A stretch of 64,000 nt of DNA, from the NCBI RefSeq assembly GCF_033153115.1, contig NW_026889761.1, positions 22,134,001-22,198,000 on the forward strand, given 5' to 3'. This document shows positions 25,129 to 38,525 of the stretch, one piece after another. The notes under the pieces were generated by a model. The model was not told the DNA's origin. It did no database searches and saw only the letters and a list, made by a program, of their open reading frames with translations. The position numbers and the translations under genes were made by a program. Numbering within the stretch: the stretch's first letter is position 1; every line of letters begins with the position of its first letter. Origin of the DNA: Saccostrea echinata (lineage: Eukaryota).

Positions 25129-28124
25129 ACAAGACAGCACTAACTTTTATTATAATTTCATACATGTGTTTGTTTACCACTAGGATGAATAAAAAGGCTA
25201 TTTAAACTTAAGATTTGATGAGGTCTTACTTTAGATACATTGTATAGATTAGTGATTTTGAAAATGTGTAACACTTTTAACTTGCTGATAAGAAGATAAG
25301 TGAGGAGAAGATTGCTATGACAGTTTTGAATCGTGAGCTGATAAAGAAAAAAAAACCCTGAAATTAAAATAGGGATTTCCAGAAGTGAACAACTGGATGA
25401 GGGGATGAACTAAGTGGCACTTTTTTCCGCTGATGTATAGAAGAGGTTAAGCTAACCTCTGATGGAGGTGTCCTGGATAAATTATAGATTGATCGATGAT
25501 TTGAAGTTTAATGTCTCGGTGGGAATTTTTCATTCATATTAAGAGCTGTAGATGAGTTGCTAAATTTTAAGATGTTTGCTTTGTACAATGCCAATGCATG
25601 GAAACATGCAGTCCCTGTTCTTCAAGCATCAGTTCATAGGTGTGGGACCTACATATCTGAAAGTGATTGCTTTGTATTGGAGTACATGTAGTCATAATTT
25701 TACAGTCATAGAAATGTCCTGAAAAACTACATCAAACTTGAAGATCACGAGGTCAAAAAATTATAATACATTTGGAAAGATCTTGTCACAGGTAATACAC
25801 GTGGAACTTCTCTCATTCAAATTTATTACCTATGTTGAAATTTTGAAAGTAGGTCAAACTTAAGTCAAAGTCATTAGGTCAAAACCATGGTACAGTCGGA
25901 AAGGTCTTCACAGGCGATGCGTAAATGGGGATGTCAGCCATGAAGTGACAAAGATGTTAATGTAAAAAATTGATAAATAATATTCCATGTGATTTTGTTT
26001 TGATCATTATTTAGGCCCGTAGCAGCGGTTTAAAAGTGGGGGGGGGGGGGTGCCAAAGAAATCTGACAAGCAAAAAAAAAAAAACAACAAAAAAAAAACC
26101 AAAAAAAAAAAAACAAAACCTAAATTGACCAAAAGTGTGTGTGTGTGTGGGGGGGGGTGCAACTCCCCAAAATTATCTGACAAAAAAACCCCCAAAAAAC
26201 CACAACAACAACCTTTCTATAGTCCAAATCCTGGTATTTGCCAGTGCTCGACCTTACAAAATCAAAAAGTGGGGGGCGGGGTGGGGGTTGCAACTAGCAT
26301 CTTAACAAAATTTACTATAGCTAAATACTATACTCAGAGAAAAAATTGGGGGGGGGGGGGGCTAGTCCCCCCTTCTCGTTCTACGGGCCTTTTATCTGAT
26401 AAGTGCTACAAAATGAATGTATAACGAGCAGCGATAAATCTCATAAATCCTTTGTATTTCCTCTGTATAGCGATCATGTAAACGGAGTTACAATGACCTA
26501 ACAGTTGTCAGTCAAAATGCAACCCCCAAAAGGTTGTACATGTATTTGCAAAAAAGTTAAGGAATAAAGGCGTTGAATTTAATTTCTTTCAAATGTTGTT
26601 GTCAGTGGTTTTGAATATTTCTGAGGATTTGATGTAAAAGTGAAAAAAAGCTGCAGGAGTGAAAACATAAAAATCCTAAAATATAAAGAAATTACATGTA
26701 CAAAATTTCTATGATGTTCTAACTTTTTACCATTCCCCTTATAAATCTTTGCACTTTTTAAATTCACTAGATATAACACTAATGAGAAATCGTGAACGAA
26801 AACTTAACTATATGAATAAACATTTATTTTACTTGTAAATATAAACATATAGATCTTATACATACATCTTATGTAGTGATTTTTCAAAAAAAAATGTAGC
26901 AGTTAGCCATAAAAATTATGTACACATTTGCCCATAATTGTAAATGACAAAACAAATTCTGAAGAAAAACATAAATAATCCACAGATCATTACAATCAAA
27001 GCCTTCTCTCAACCCCGCTTTGGAAATCACCATGGCTATTTATACGGAAAAAAAGTTTGTAGAATTGGCCTTAAAATGTATGTACACATTTACAAAATTT
27101 AATTATTATAATTGACAAAATAAACATAAAAAAAAATAAATAAATAAATAAAAAAGAAATAAAAAAAAACAAACGAACAAACAAACAAAAAACAAACTAA
27201 AAAAAAAAAAATACAAATAACAATCAAAGCCCTCTCTCAACTCCACTTTGGAAATCACCATGGCTATTTATAGAATATTTTATTCAGCACGAAGCAGTAG
27301 TATGCAAATGTTAGAAAAATGCCTACACACACCCCAGAGAGTATTGTATATATTCTGTTCAGTATGTTAAAGATATCATGGAAGGTCCAAAGAGACTAGG
27401 TTACCGCCATGATTGTTACCGCTATAACCCTAGCTCAGTATTTGACCTCCCATTTACTCTTTTTGACTGACAAAGGGGTGTGTCGCCATTTACCTAAGCC
27501 GAGAAATTAAAAATGAATTAGGGCTAAGGCGAAATCGGAACTCGATTTATATAATTAAAACAAAAATATTACAATTATCTCTCATAAAACACCATTAAAT
27601 GAGAACAATTTTGTTCGAATAATTGTATTAAGAAACCGTATATTTATTTATTTAAAAAAATGCTATAATTTGATTGTAATTCCATCATAATATAGGAAGA
27701 AATTGATGAAATATTAAGATGTTTAAAGGTGGAACATTTCAAAGATATTTGTGAATAAGTCTATAAAATTAGTTATTTTAAAATTCAAATACTATGTTTA
27801 CTAATACTTGTGTCTTATTGTAATTTTTGAATTTACCGGGTGGTAGTAAATACAAAAATTAATTTTTGTATTTACTACCACCCGGTTAATTTCAAAAATT
27901 ACAATATGACACTTGACAAAATTTCACTGAAGTATTAAAAGCAGTTGGCTTTTTTTTTTTTTAATTATAACTTAAACAATTTTTTTAATTCATCAAACAA
28001 CATCTGAAGTGGCAAATGAAAATGATTCGCAGTTTATTAATTTCATTTATTTTCTAAAAATTCCATATTCAAATTTAGAGTATCTTAGAAATTGTTTACT
28101 TGATATTCACAGTTTCCTTTCTAA

Positions 28125-31080
28125 AGATAAAATTCTTCAAAATCACCTTTTAGTTTTAATAATTTCAACATTCCAGTCCATGGAAGTGAGTTTGAATTAC
28201 CTTACCTATACTGGACTCCAAAAATTCATAAAAATCCTAACAAACAAAGATATAGTGTATATTGCAGGGTCCAGTAAATATTCAACCAAGTTTCCATCCT
28301 CATTTCTCACCAAAATATTAACAGCTGTGAAGGAGAAACTTCAGGAGTACTGTACAACATATTCGAGATGTGGTGTTAATAAGATGTAGATACTTAAGAA
28401 CTCCAAGGAACGTTTAGAAAATTTGAGATCACAAAATTTTACCAGCAATAGCATCAAAACGCACGACTTTTCAACACTTATACAACTATTCCTCAGGATA
28501 ATATAAAAACTAGCCTTTTTGACATCAAAGAAAACTGTTTCTTCAATAAAAATGGTACACGTAAACGAATTTAACATCCCTTGTCATTGATCATCTGCAA
28601 ACGTAGTTTGTTAATAAAACCAATCTGATTGTACACACAAGTACTCAGAGGTTGATGCATTTAAAAGATGCCCGAGGTTCTCATTGACAATATTTGTGTA
28701 ATCTTTGGAGACCAGGTCTTCCAACAATCTATTGGAATACCCATTAGTGCTCACTGTGCTCCGTTATTAACAGACCTGTTTTTTTTATTCTTATAACATG
28801 TATAAAACAAAATATGTTCAAAGACTTCTACATGACAACAGTCTCCTCAATTCGACATTTAGATATATTGACAACATTTTATTAATGAACAATATTCATT
28901 TTCATTCCTTTGGGGATTTCATATATTCCACTGAACTCGAAAGAGAAGACACCACAGAGACTGATACATCTGTTTCATATTTGGATATTTTACTAGAATA
29001 AGACATTGATGGTAAATTAACATTTAAACTTTATGATAAACACGATGACTTCAACTTTTCTATCGTCAACTTCATTCATTTAAATAACAATATAATATTT
29101 TCACTGAATATGGGGTTTATGTGAAAGGTAAAGATAACGAACAGTGATCGATCTAAAAAAACAAACAAACCCATAAACAATACAAATATGTGAAGAGAGT
29201 GTAAAACATGGACCCCTGGAAATTCCAGAGGTGGGATCACGTGCCTAGGAGGAGTAAGCATCCCCTGCTAAGCAGTCACACCCGCCGTGAGCCCTATGTA
29301 TTGATCAGGTAGACGGAACTATCTGTAGTCAATTCAGTACAAAAACAAAGGTCTAATAATTGTTATGAAATAAGTCAGCCAAAATGCGACCCAATAATAG
29401 GCCATTATAACGACCATAAAATTTACGAAAAGATGACATTAAACGAGGCTGTTGAAATCCCTGTAACATCTACTTATCAGTGAGTAGCCTGTCTCGCTCT
29501 AAAAATTGATCGCTCTCAGAGCAAGCTCTTGAGTATAGAATAAGTTTGGAAACATTAACGCCATAAGCAGGTGATAGTGGAATACATGTTTTACTAGATA
29601 AATAAGCAAAGTTGACGATGGAAAAGTTAAAGTAATCTCGTTTGTCATACAATTTAATTGTTAATTGGCATTTGTCGTCTATAGTCAGTAAAACATCTAA
29701 ATATGAAACAGATGTGGCAGACTCTGTGGTATCTTTTATCTCAAGTTCACTTGGATATATCGAGTCGACATACGAATGAAAATAACTATTGTAAATTGAT
29801 AAAACATCACATAACTATTGTTAATTGATAAAACATCATCTATGTATCTGAATGTCGAATTGAAGACCACAGCTAGTGTTTTCCTCTTCTCGTGTAGAAG
29901 TTTTTGAATGCTTCAAGGGAATATAAAAACAGGTCGGCTAATAAAGGAGCACATCGGAAGTTCAATAGTTTGTTGGAAAACGGTCTCCGAAGACTACATA
30001 AATGTTGTCAATGAGGAACTCCGACATCCTTTTAATATCAACTTCAGAGTACTTGTGTGTACAATCAGAGTGGTTTTTAACGAATTAATTTTGCTGATGA
30101 CCAATTACAAGATGTGAAAATTTCCGAGTTCCATAATTTAAGAAGCTGTTGTCTATGATATCAAAAAGTCTAGATTTTAATTTAATCGTTCGGACGAACA
30201 AGATATTTTCGGTGGATAAATAAGTTCTTTCTTTGTATAAATTAAATACACTTAGAAGAAAGTAGATTATATTGTTTTGAATTGTTCAGACGAACTGGGT
30301 ATTTGCTAGGACAATATGGCGAAGTGTATATTTGTTCGAACAGAATTGATGTTTCTTCTTTACACAGGATTTATCATTCCTCTGATAAAGGAGAACAGGC
30401 ATGAAAATTAAAGATGGTACATGTATAAAGGCTAAAGCACATGATTTAATTGCCCTTTGGGGACGAAATATGGATATCTGCAGCTCAAGTTTTTTTTTAA
30501 TTGACTCCATTCCTTTGCGGTTTCTGTTTGTTTGTTTGTTATTTAACGTCCCTCTCGAAAATTTTTCACCCATATGGAGATGCCACGACTTGCCGGTGGA
30601 GTGCTGCAAATTTATACCTATATTCAACACTCAAGGCCATTGAGCAGTGAGAGATCTTTTTCGTGCCAACACCTACTACGGCACGGGACCTCGGTTTGTA
30701 AGGTCTCATTCGAAGGACCGGTCTCCACGTCCCGCAGTGGATTCGAACCCGCGACGTAAGGATCAGCTACTTACTCCGCCACTGGCGCGACTTGCAGTTT
30801 AAGTTAAAATTGCTTGTGTCTCCACTTATGATTGCTATATACAATGGATAATTAATTAATGCTTTTTCTTTAGGTTTGAATGAAAATGTACCAAAAGTAT
30901 GAAGCATGAAGATAATGAACAGTATTCAATCTCGAAAGTCCAATGAAACGATACAAATTTGGAGCAGAGCAAACACGGACCTAAAAATTTAGAGGTGGGA
31001 TCAGGTGTTATGGAGAAGTGAGCATCCTCTGCCGACCGGTCACGATCGGAAAAAAACCCGGAAAAATCCGTAGACAGTAT
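28125..31080. mobile_element. Penelope-like RT relics, unit B copy (+ about 28125-29122; - about 29123-30190; - about 30900-31080)
   Basis: YIAGSSK, ILTAVKEKLQEYC, FRYIDNIL, YDKRDYFNFSIVNF motifs; paralog of 8015-10075. Confidence 0.85.
30523..30791 (-). mobile_element. tRNA-derived SINE, related subfamily with a shortened head
   Basis: Reverse complement of the same body, B box GGTTCGAATCC, (GTTT)n tail, imperfect TSD TTGCRGTTT. Confidence 0.85.
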
Positions 31081-31962
31081 CAAAATCACCCTGCAATTCC
31101 TCTTATTCAAATTGTAAGATACTTTTGCTATGTGTCCGAAAATTATATTTTTGGACACTTTTAAAATCACTGAATTAAAAATACATTCAAATGCAGGTTG
31201 AACAACAGATACCAGGTATGTCTTTCAAGAATTAACAGTTTTCAATTGCAAATGCGTACTTGATTAATTACAACTGCAAGTCAGTAAGATAAGAAGCGTC
31301 TTGGACCAATAAAGCAACAGAACTGGAGATATCACTTAATTAGTCTTGTACTCAGTAACATTTGAAAATTGTTAATTAGTGAAAGACAGATAGATAGACA
31401 TTATAACATTTTTTCTCTCTTTTTCTCTTTGGAACTTTTTCTTATAATTTTTATTAAAAACAATGCATGATACATTTGTCAAATCAAAATAGAAGCATTT
31501 CCACATAGTGTATATTGAAGTTGATTAATGTTGTCAATTTATCATAAGAAAAAGAACATTTTATTCGAAAGATTTAATGACCAACATGTCATCCCTGTAT
31601 CTTCATTTTACGAATACCTCAGTTGAGAATTTTGGTCCACTGGCCTTTTAATTTATAATTCTTAATCTTTATAATAAAAAAATGTATATCTTATCAAAAT
31701 CTACCGGGGTCATTTTTCTTTATGTAGGATATGCAGATTTTTTTTTAGGGTAATGCCACTTTTTTTCAGACAAAAGGGTCTTTTTCGACGTCGAATAATG
31801 ACCGGGTTTCATTTTTCGATGTCGAAAAATGACCCCCGGTCATTATTCTATGGGGGTCACTATTCGTCTTTACACCTGCAAACAATTCCATTGCTCTTGT
31901 TCTTTTCTCAAATATCCTTCAATCATTTTTACATTTTTATTTCAATGTTTATCTATGAATGA

Positions 31963-33270
31963 TACGAGGGTCGTTCAGTAGCTACTGCAAAACGTCATCA
32001 AAAAATTAAAAAAAAAAATAAGAAAAACACAAAAAGCAATCTTTTTATATATTTAATCCTTCAAAGTATTCCCTGTTAATCTTTACATAAGTCTCAAGTT
32101 TCTTCAAACATAACAGAACTTTTTGGGGGTCAAAAGACACTGATGGATAGCACTCCCCTCGACAGATCTAAAATAGCAGATTCTTTCTTTGATGGTTTTC
32201 TTGAGTTCTTGAAAGAAAAAAATGTCACAAAGACTAAGATCTAGCGAATACGGGGGATGTTTAAGCTTTGTTCTTTTTTTTCAAAATATCCTTTACATCT
32301 CTATGCTTTTTTGCAGCAGCATTGTCAGGTACAAGAAATCACCCTGGGTACGTATACTTGTGTTTGGACTTCTTACAGAAAACCTGCTTATCTTTCCTCA
32401 ATACAATTTAAACATAAAAGCTAGTTACTATTGACTTGGGTGTCGGCACTGGACATGTCGAATAAACATAAAACCCGTATAAGACCTGTTTGGAATTCCG
32501 GCTATTCTCTGCAATAATAGGACGATAACGTCCTCTCTAATTGCGCATTTTATTATTATTGACCTTCCATTTGGGCTAGAAACGGTGCATCCATGTTTTG
32601 TTACATATCACGCAGATTTATCATACTCTGTTTTGTAAAAATGTTTATATTTTGATACACTCTTGGCACTTTTAACGCGGCTTTTCTTGTAGGCAACAGT
32701 AAGGGGAAAATGTACTCATTTGACAGAAATAATTTTAGATTCATTCTCAATCAACTGTTGTAATGATGAAATGTTTAGTGTCGAAGCAATGTCTCTCACT
32801 GTAAGTCCGGGATATTCAAATATCGTGTTACTCACAGCATCGATATTTTTGGTGTCTATTAAGCCCCCTTTCCATTTTTGAATTTTGCTAATCCACCTGA
32901 ACACCGTACTGAGTGAAAGGCTAATTTTTCCAGATATCAAAACCATATCTTCATTTGGGTTCTTCAGCGAGTTTTCTACAAATGAACGGCATAAGCACTC
33001 ATTTTCATCTTTTTGACAAGGGTCATTTTTAAACAGTTTTCAGCTCAGTGTAGTGACCATGTTTACTTAAAAGTGAATTTCTTTGCTGAGACAGTAGGAA
33101 AAAAATGTTGTTTACGGTGATTACGAGTTCTTAAAGAGAACTTTTCGAGTGTGAAAAAAAGAATTAACTAATTCTACATATATATTGATAAACCGTATGT
33201 TGCTCACCAAACATGTTTTTCTTTTTTGTTCTAGTGTAGTCATTGATATTAATTGAATTCAACTGGATGA
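31963..33270 (-). mobile_element. Decayed mariner-type DNA transposon (unit B copy)
   Basis: Near-identical to 10936-12250. Confidence 0.8.
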
Positions 33271-33644
33271 TATTGAATAACTCTCACTTTTTTAAATGAA
33301 ATTCATTAACAACAAAATTGTTAATATAGTGAAATTTTTTGTTCAGTTTAACTTAATTGTTATGGTAATTTTTATCTATAAAAACTAAAAAGAGAACTCC
33401 AATTATTGGTCTAATAAGCAACCAAACATTTTGTAAAATATTTATATACTTTCGTTGCACAGTTGTCACGATTATAAGGAAAAGAGGTCACAATCTGTCA
33501 GAACAACAAAAATTCTGCAGACAAACGTGCACTATTTATATTTCAGTCCCAAAATACTTCTTATCAGTTTTACGATTCCTACTTAAGACAAAGACATACA
33601 GAAATTCTGTTGCGAGGATATCCCACTTCCTTTGGTTTTAAAAT

Positions 33645-34777
33645 ATGGCCAATGTAAATGCCTGTCTCGGTGTCTTTATTATTGTTTTGGCGTTTCAGAC
33701 AAATCAAAGCAGTGCGCAAAGCTCAGACGAGCTGCTGGAAATAATCCATCGACAAGAAGGTTTACTGCAGACTCTAAGTGAGAAAATGCAATCTCTCAGC
33801 AACACTGTGAACTATTTGCGAATTAAAACCCAAAGATAAGAAAAGGCAATTAAACACCAAAGCTTGGAATTACAGTCATTACGCAAAGCCATTAGTGTGA
33901 AGCAGAAAAGAAATTATGCAACCTCCAAATACGGTTCTACCAGAAAATTTGAAGATGAGCATTTTGATTCCTACGTCTGGAGAAATGATGAAAACACAGA
34001 GCCAGGGCATAGACAAGACTATCAAAACAACGTGACGCAAAGATCTCTTGGTAAGTTTATTTTGGAAATTTAAAGGATCCATAACTAGCACAATAAAACA
34101 GATGCGAAGAAATACATGTCTAAAATAAAAATACAATGGGTTTCAAATCATATGTGGATTAATAGGGTATATAATGATGCAAAGGCATCGATATTCTCGC
34201 ATTCCGTAGTTATGATTGCTAATACCAAAGCATTATAAAACCGATAAAACCAAATTAAGAAAATAGGGCATTGCACTCACTAACGCTTTTTCCATTATAA
34301 GAGCAGCATTCTATTGTCATCGTGATTTATTTGTAGATATGTATCAACAAGAATTGTCAACAAGAAATCTAGGATACAGCTGTCTAACCAATGTGCATTC
34401 TAAGCTTACATGTACCTTATCACCTCAGCATACCCTCGTCTTTGACATGGTGATGACAAACATTGCAAATGCATACAATAGATACACTGGTGTATTCACG
34501 GTTCCTTAGAATGGACTTTATGCCATAACATGGACTATCTACTCAAATTCTTACAGCTATGTTTTTCAAATCTCATTGTCAACTCGGATACCTGGAACAG
34601 CGCCTTTGCTAACTCTGAAGAAATGATTATCGCCATACCGCCACAGGCTTCGTGGTTGCACAACTGAATGCAGGTGATGTGGTGTTTCTTTAGACACATG
34701 AAAGAAAGGATGGTAAAGGGGCATTAGAAAGCTCATACGAGGCACGATCAACATTCGCTGGCTGGAGAATTGACTAG
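33645..34777 (+). pseudogene. C1q-domain gene pseudogene, paralog of 12628-13768
   Basis: Colinear copy with premature stops (TAA 33837, TAA 34401, TAG 34507, TAG 34691) and several small frameshifting deletions in exon 2. Confidence 0.92.
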
Positions 34778-36095
34778 TTCCAATCAACATGTAATAAATA
34801 AAGTGCCTGTTATGATTTTTTTCATACAAATTACACCAGATCTCTCAGTGTTTACCTGCATGTAAAGTAATAAGACTATAAGGCTATGCTTTAGAAATAA
34901 AAAAAAAAAAAAACATTGAAGTGCATAAAATTCAGCAAGAACAGTTACAATATTAATTGGGTTATATATATATATATATTAGGGATGGCAATCGAATACA
35001 GAATTCCTAATCGGTTAACCGCAAAACGTCCCGACCGATTAACCGGTTAATCGTATCAAACTACACATTTTCTTGACTTTTTTCAGGAAGTTCTATTCCC
35101 ATGCACAAGAAGTATTTAAAAAAAAGATGTTAGAGGTCAAACACATTCTTGATCAGAAAACTACATGTACATGCATATATTTTTTTATTTCAATAGACAA
35201 GAAAAAATCAGAAAACTATGAAACATGCCTGAGATTTCGTGGATATTTTTCCAGAGCAGATGTCACACAAGTTCATTCTTCATTGTCACCATAATCAAAA
35301 CAAAGATTAAACTGTAACACTTAATTTGCAATATTTGTTTAATAATTTAATTTGATAGATAACTGCAAAAGATACACACACCAATTCACGGGCTCAACGG
35401 CGATTAGTATCAATAAAGAATTAGAGGACAGTCAGGGTAACGACATGATGTTTTAACAGTAATTAACACATCTCGGGTGACCAATTACCCCATAATTTTA
35501 ATCTGGAGAGCCATAATTACCTCCCAATCAGCCTAAATAAATATATGAAAACGCAAAATTATCAACGTTTAAGAAGGAATTTCTAATTTCTTTTTTAAAA
35601 ATGAATTTTAAGATTGCCTTTATTTTTTACATATAGTAAATTTTTTTTCGACTAACCGATTACAGTTTTTCTAACCGATTGCCATCGTTCCGACCGAGTA
35701 ATCGGTTAACCGGTNNNNNNNNNNNNNNNNNNNNNNNNNNNNNNNNNNNNNNNNNNNNNNNNNNNNNNNNNNNNNNNNNNNNNNNNNNNNNNNNNNNNNN
35801 NNNNNNNNNNNNNNNNNNNNNNNNNNNNNNNNNNNNNNNNNNNNNNNNNNNNNNNNNNNNNNNNNACGACACGAACAATTTTCGGGACGCCCTGTCCCTT
35901 CCTCAGGACAAAACAAAAAAAAAGTCATAAAAACAAAGGAAACAGAAAAAAAAGAAAACAAAGACAAAAACAAAACCAAAAAAAAAAAAAAACAAACCAA
36001 AAACAAAAACAACTAGCACTACTACTAAACTACAAAACACTATGTATTTACGATGTTACGTGTTTAATTTGAAGTTTCTAACCAGTTATAAAGAA

Positions 36096-36803
36096 AACAA
36101 GAGGCCCAAGGGCCTTAACGGTAACCTGAGTATAATACAACAATTTAGAGGATCCATAGAGTATAAGATAAACTGAAAGATGAAGCTTTATTGCCCAAAA
36201 GCATAAGAAATAGGATGACCAAGTTCAACAAAATAATTAGTCTAGTATTCAGTAACAACTCGTAAATTATGTTCTAATCTGTCCTCCATTTATCACTATC
36301 ACTATGCAGACTATTAACAAACTATTAGTGCTTCTGTACTATTTTTAACCCCATATCAGAAGCTCTCACACTGGCCTCTCTTAGTCTTCGAAGAACAATT
36401 TATAATATAAGTTATTTTTGTCTCATTTTTATTTATCTATCATATACATTGTACATATAATCAAAAGAGGCCCGCCCTAACACCAGAACCCCTGACCTAG
36501 GGGCCATGAAATTCACAATTCTCAAAGAAGCACCCATTCTCATCATAACGATGTACTAAGTTAGTTTGTTTACTACCCAGGAGCAGAGAAAAAGATTTTC
36601 AAAGAAATAATGCTCTTTCACTATATGATTCATATATCCCCACCCTAGCACCAGAACCCCTGACCCTGGGGCCATGAGTTTCAGAGAAGAAGCTGAAAAT
36701 GTTCTAATGTTAACGGACGACGCACATCGCACAACGCACAACGCAGGACGACGGACGAAAACAGATAGCAATATGTCACCTGATTGACTCAGGTGACCTA
36801 AAA
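36096..36803 (-). mobile_element. HINE (Helentron-associated non-autonomous element) with about 167-bp internal repeats
   Basis: Terminal hairpin GTCACCTGA...TCAGGTGAC, GACG-type microsatellite, two CACCAGAACCCCTGACC units (36481, 36648), opposite end AACAAGAGGCCCAAGGGCCT. Confidence 0.8.
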
Positions 36804-38525
36804 ATCCGGACCGCTATGAAATACGTCCGGTCTCTCGGGTGTACTCTGGTGAATTGCGATTTACATAATTGAACGAATTAATTATCGCTAATTAATTACG
36901 ACCAAGTCGTAAATCGTACACTGTCTTATTCTCTTAAAATAGCATAACTATACATGATAAAAAGAAACCAAAGAAAGATAATATGGACAGGAATTTTTAT
37001 AATATGAATTTGGAAGTATTATACATTTTGGAAATGTTTTTAGGACTGTTTATCGGATAAAAGAAATAATGAAAAAAAATTAAGCAATAAATTTGTGTGT
37101 GACTGTTGCTACGCTTGAGGGCGTGGCTTCATTATTCGGCGGGTAGTAGTGTTTTTTAACAAAATGTTTCTCGACGAATCAGATTCAACTAATTTATATG
37201 AAAGTTATTAAATAAAATATGTCCCCTTCCTCAAGACACTCTAGCTTCAATGCAAAGTAAAGGATGACATTTCAAAAGACTTTTAAAGAGCAATTTTATT
37301 TCTTTAGCAGTGATTCAAATTGATGAAATTGATTTCATTTCTCTTGCACAAACCTTTAAAAAACGATAAAAAAAGGGTCTATGGACTTTTTGTACTTAAT
37401 TTGAGCCATAATCTCTACTATTTTGGCATTGCATTGATGAAATAAACTGTAGTTTCGCTGTAAGATATTATTTTGATACATAGAGAGGAGGGGCACTGTT
37501 TTAAGTTAAAATGTATATATGCACAAAAAGACCATACAACAACCTGGTTTGCATATGAAAAACTAGACTTCTACAGACCCTAAGCGAATTCGGGCTGCCT
37601 TTTCCCCCTGTTTTATAATCCAAGACATTTAAAACACCATTTGTTTTCAATCCCTGCGAAGTTATATAAATTTCACTCGCAGTCATTTTTGTCATATTTA
37701 CTGATATTCTCTGTAATAATTATGTATGTGAAATGAGACTGAACTTTTTACTTCCTGTATAGAGTAAATGTATGTACTATAGTCTTGGGAGCAGTTGTTA
37801 TTTCATACTTAATTTGAATATGTGTTATCACCTATTCAAATAGGGGGTATCACCTATTCAAAAGCTGAATAAGTGATATATCACGAATACGAATATGTGA
37901 TATTACCAACTGAATAGTGATATTTCCTATTTGAATAGGTGATAAACCTTAATGATGATAAATACCAAAACGACCCCTCCTACTACTGCTTGCAATAGCA
38001 TACATTCTAGTCTTGGTCCTTTTTATCATATGTTTCATATTTCGATATCTTTCCGATTATAGACGTTGGTGCTCAAATAACAAACGGGATGACTTCAGAA
38101 GTCTCTAAAACATCAAGTAATTCTTATTTAAATTGTCAGGCACTTATATGTCCGAAAATTTCATGACTTACATATGTACACTGTTTAAATCACTGGCTTA
38201 AAAAGGCATGCGGAGGAAACTGAATTAATCGGTAGATTAGACATTGTAAACAATTCTCTCTCTCTCTCTCTCTGGATAGTATAAGCGAAAATAAAAAGAT
38301 TTTTTTAACACAATGATACATAAGTCAAATCAGGATGAAAGCATTTCTACATAGTGTACAATTAATCGATTAATTAAAAAGTGTCAATTCATAAAAGACA
38401 TTTAAAAGACTTATCGAGAAAAACAGGTCATCGATATATCATCAATTTACCTCATGTGATTTTTTTGAGCCACGGGCTTCTTGATTTATTTATTCTTAAG
38501 TTTTTTATCCTCCCCACCTCCCCCC

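Noticed and set aside
26007-26424. Lys/Gly-rich ORFs (also 5927-6175)
   Set aside because: Products of homopolymer tracts in a MITE.
37810-37950. About 22-bp TATCACCTATTC direct and inverted repeats as an operator array
   Set aside because: The pattern is typical of subterminal repeats of a decayed MITE; nothing supports a regulatory role.
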